From: Gammaproteobacteria bacterium
GTDB lineage: Bacteria > Pseudomonadota > Gammaproteobacteria > Ga0077536
Assembly (NCBI GenBank): GCA_030830685.1
Contig: JAURMM010000016.1
Coordinates: 11,723 to 75,722, forward strand
DNA length: 64,000 bases
Reading direction: 5' to 3'
The notes beneath the pieces were generated by a model. The model ran no database searches and was not told the origin of the DNA. It worked only from the letters and a program-made list of their open reading frames with translations. How positions within the stretch are numbered: position 1 is the first letter of the stretch; each line of letters begins with the position of its first letter. Below are positions 63,566-64,000 of this stretch, piece by piece. Made by a program: the position numbers and the translations under genes.

Positions 63566-64000
63566 TGCTGCTCACGCCCGCGCGCCTGCTGCGTGTCCTC
63601 GCCATCCAGCGGGTACTTATCCGGCATGGGTTCGACGAGATGCTGTTCGCCCTGCCGTGGCTGCGCTCACTCGCCTTCCTGCGCATGCTCATGCCGTGGA
63701 ACTGGCTACGACGGGACTATGCACCGCGTGCAGCACGCCTGCGGGGTGTGCTCGAGGATTTGGGACCAGTGTTCGTCAAATTCGGGCAGATCTTGTCCAC
63801 TCGCCGCGACCTGCTGCCGGATGACATTGCAGAGGAATTCGCGCGACTGCAGGATCACGTGCCACCCTTTCCGGGCAGTGTGGCGCGCCAGATCATCGAA
63901 CGTGCTTTCGGCCAGCCACTGGAGGAAGTCTTCGATGCCTTCGAGGAGGTCCCTTTGGCCTCGGCCTCCATCGCCCAGGTGCATGCCGCGCGCCTGAAGG
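63565..64000 (+). CDS. ubiB: Ubiquinone biosynthesis protein kinase-like UbiB, N-terminal fragment (3' end outside window)
   Basis: 'LEDLGPVFVKFGQILSTRRDLLPDDIAEEFARLQDHVPPFPG' matches the UbiB/ABC1 N-terminus. The ORF runs off the window end. TGATG overlap with ubiJ. Confidence 0.8.
   Translation, partial: MLLTPARLLRVLAIQRVLIRHGFDEMLFALPWLRSLAFLRMLMPWNWLRRDYAPRAARLRGVLEDLGPVFVKFGQILSTRRDLLPDDIAEEFARLQDHVPPFPGSVARQIIERAFGQPLEEVFDAFEEVPLASASIAQVHAARLK

Overview
This 64-kb window is high-GC (about 63-66%) gammaproteobacterial chromosome with Pseudomonas-like core synteny. All calls rest on reading the translations and raw sequence by eye; no searches or computations were run.

Core genes, in order: secA (3' end), argJ, a NUDIX/ThiE-like fusion, zapD, coaE, pilD, pilC, pilB (all minus strand), clpB, pgeF/yfiH, rluD, bamD, nadE, sucD, sucC, a small zinc-ribbon protein, pilS, pilR and pilA. 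After the island come suhB, trmJ, purM, a DUF2066 protein, an AI-2E transporter, hda, wrbA, an arsC-family gene, proS, ilvI, ilvH, ilvC, pssA, leuA, a family-4 uracil-DNA glycosylase, rimI, a pagL-like gene, cysM, a 3'-5' exonuclease-like gene, rlmD, a peptide-type ABC importer locus (binding protein, L,D-transpeptidase, crotonase, two permeases), nagZ, a TraB/GumN protein, dapF, a DUF484 gene, xerC, hslV, hslU, a DUF971 gene, ubiE, ubiJ and the 5' end of ubiB. I found no rRNA, tRNA, CRISPR array or obvious IS element.

The one clearly accessory region is a lower-GC island (about 47-58% GC) running from pilA at roughly 20.9 kb to about 30.4 kb. The last GT4 gene (30409-31398) returns to core-like GC. 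pilA sits unusually downstream of pilS-pilR, behind a sigma-54 promoter with a tandem palindromic upstream element. It is followed by two tandem paralogous large membrane proteins (about 650 aa each) with GT-C-like DD motifs and C-terminal TPR-like tails, which I read as TMTC/PMT/TfpW-like. Next come a GtrB/ArnC/DPM1-like polyprenyl-phosphate sugar synthase, two GT4 glycosyltransferases, a Wzx-like flippase, a kinase-fold phosphotransferase and a SAM methyltransferase. I interpret this as a candidate, so far uncharacterised, lipid-linked-monosaccharide protein O-glycosylation system, analogous to O-mannosylation. Pilin is the most likely target. This is an inference and needs experimental confirmation.
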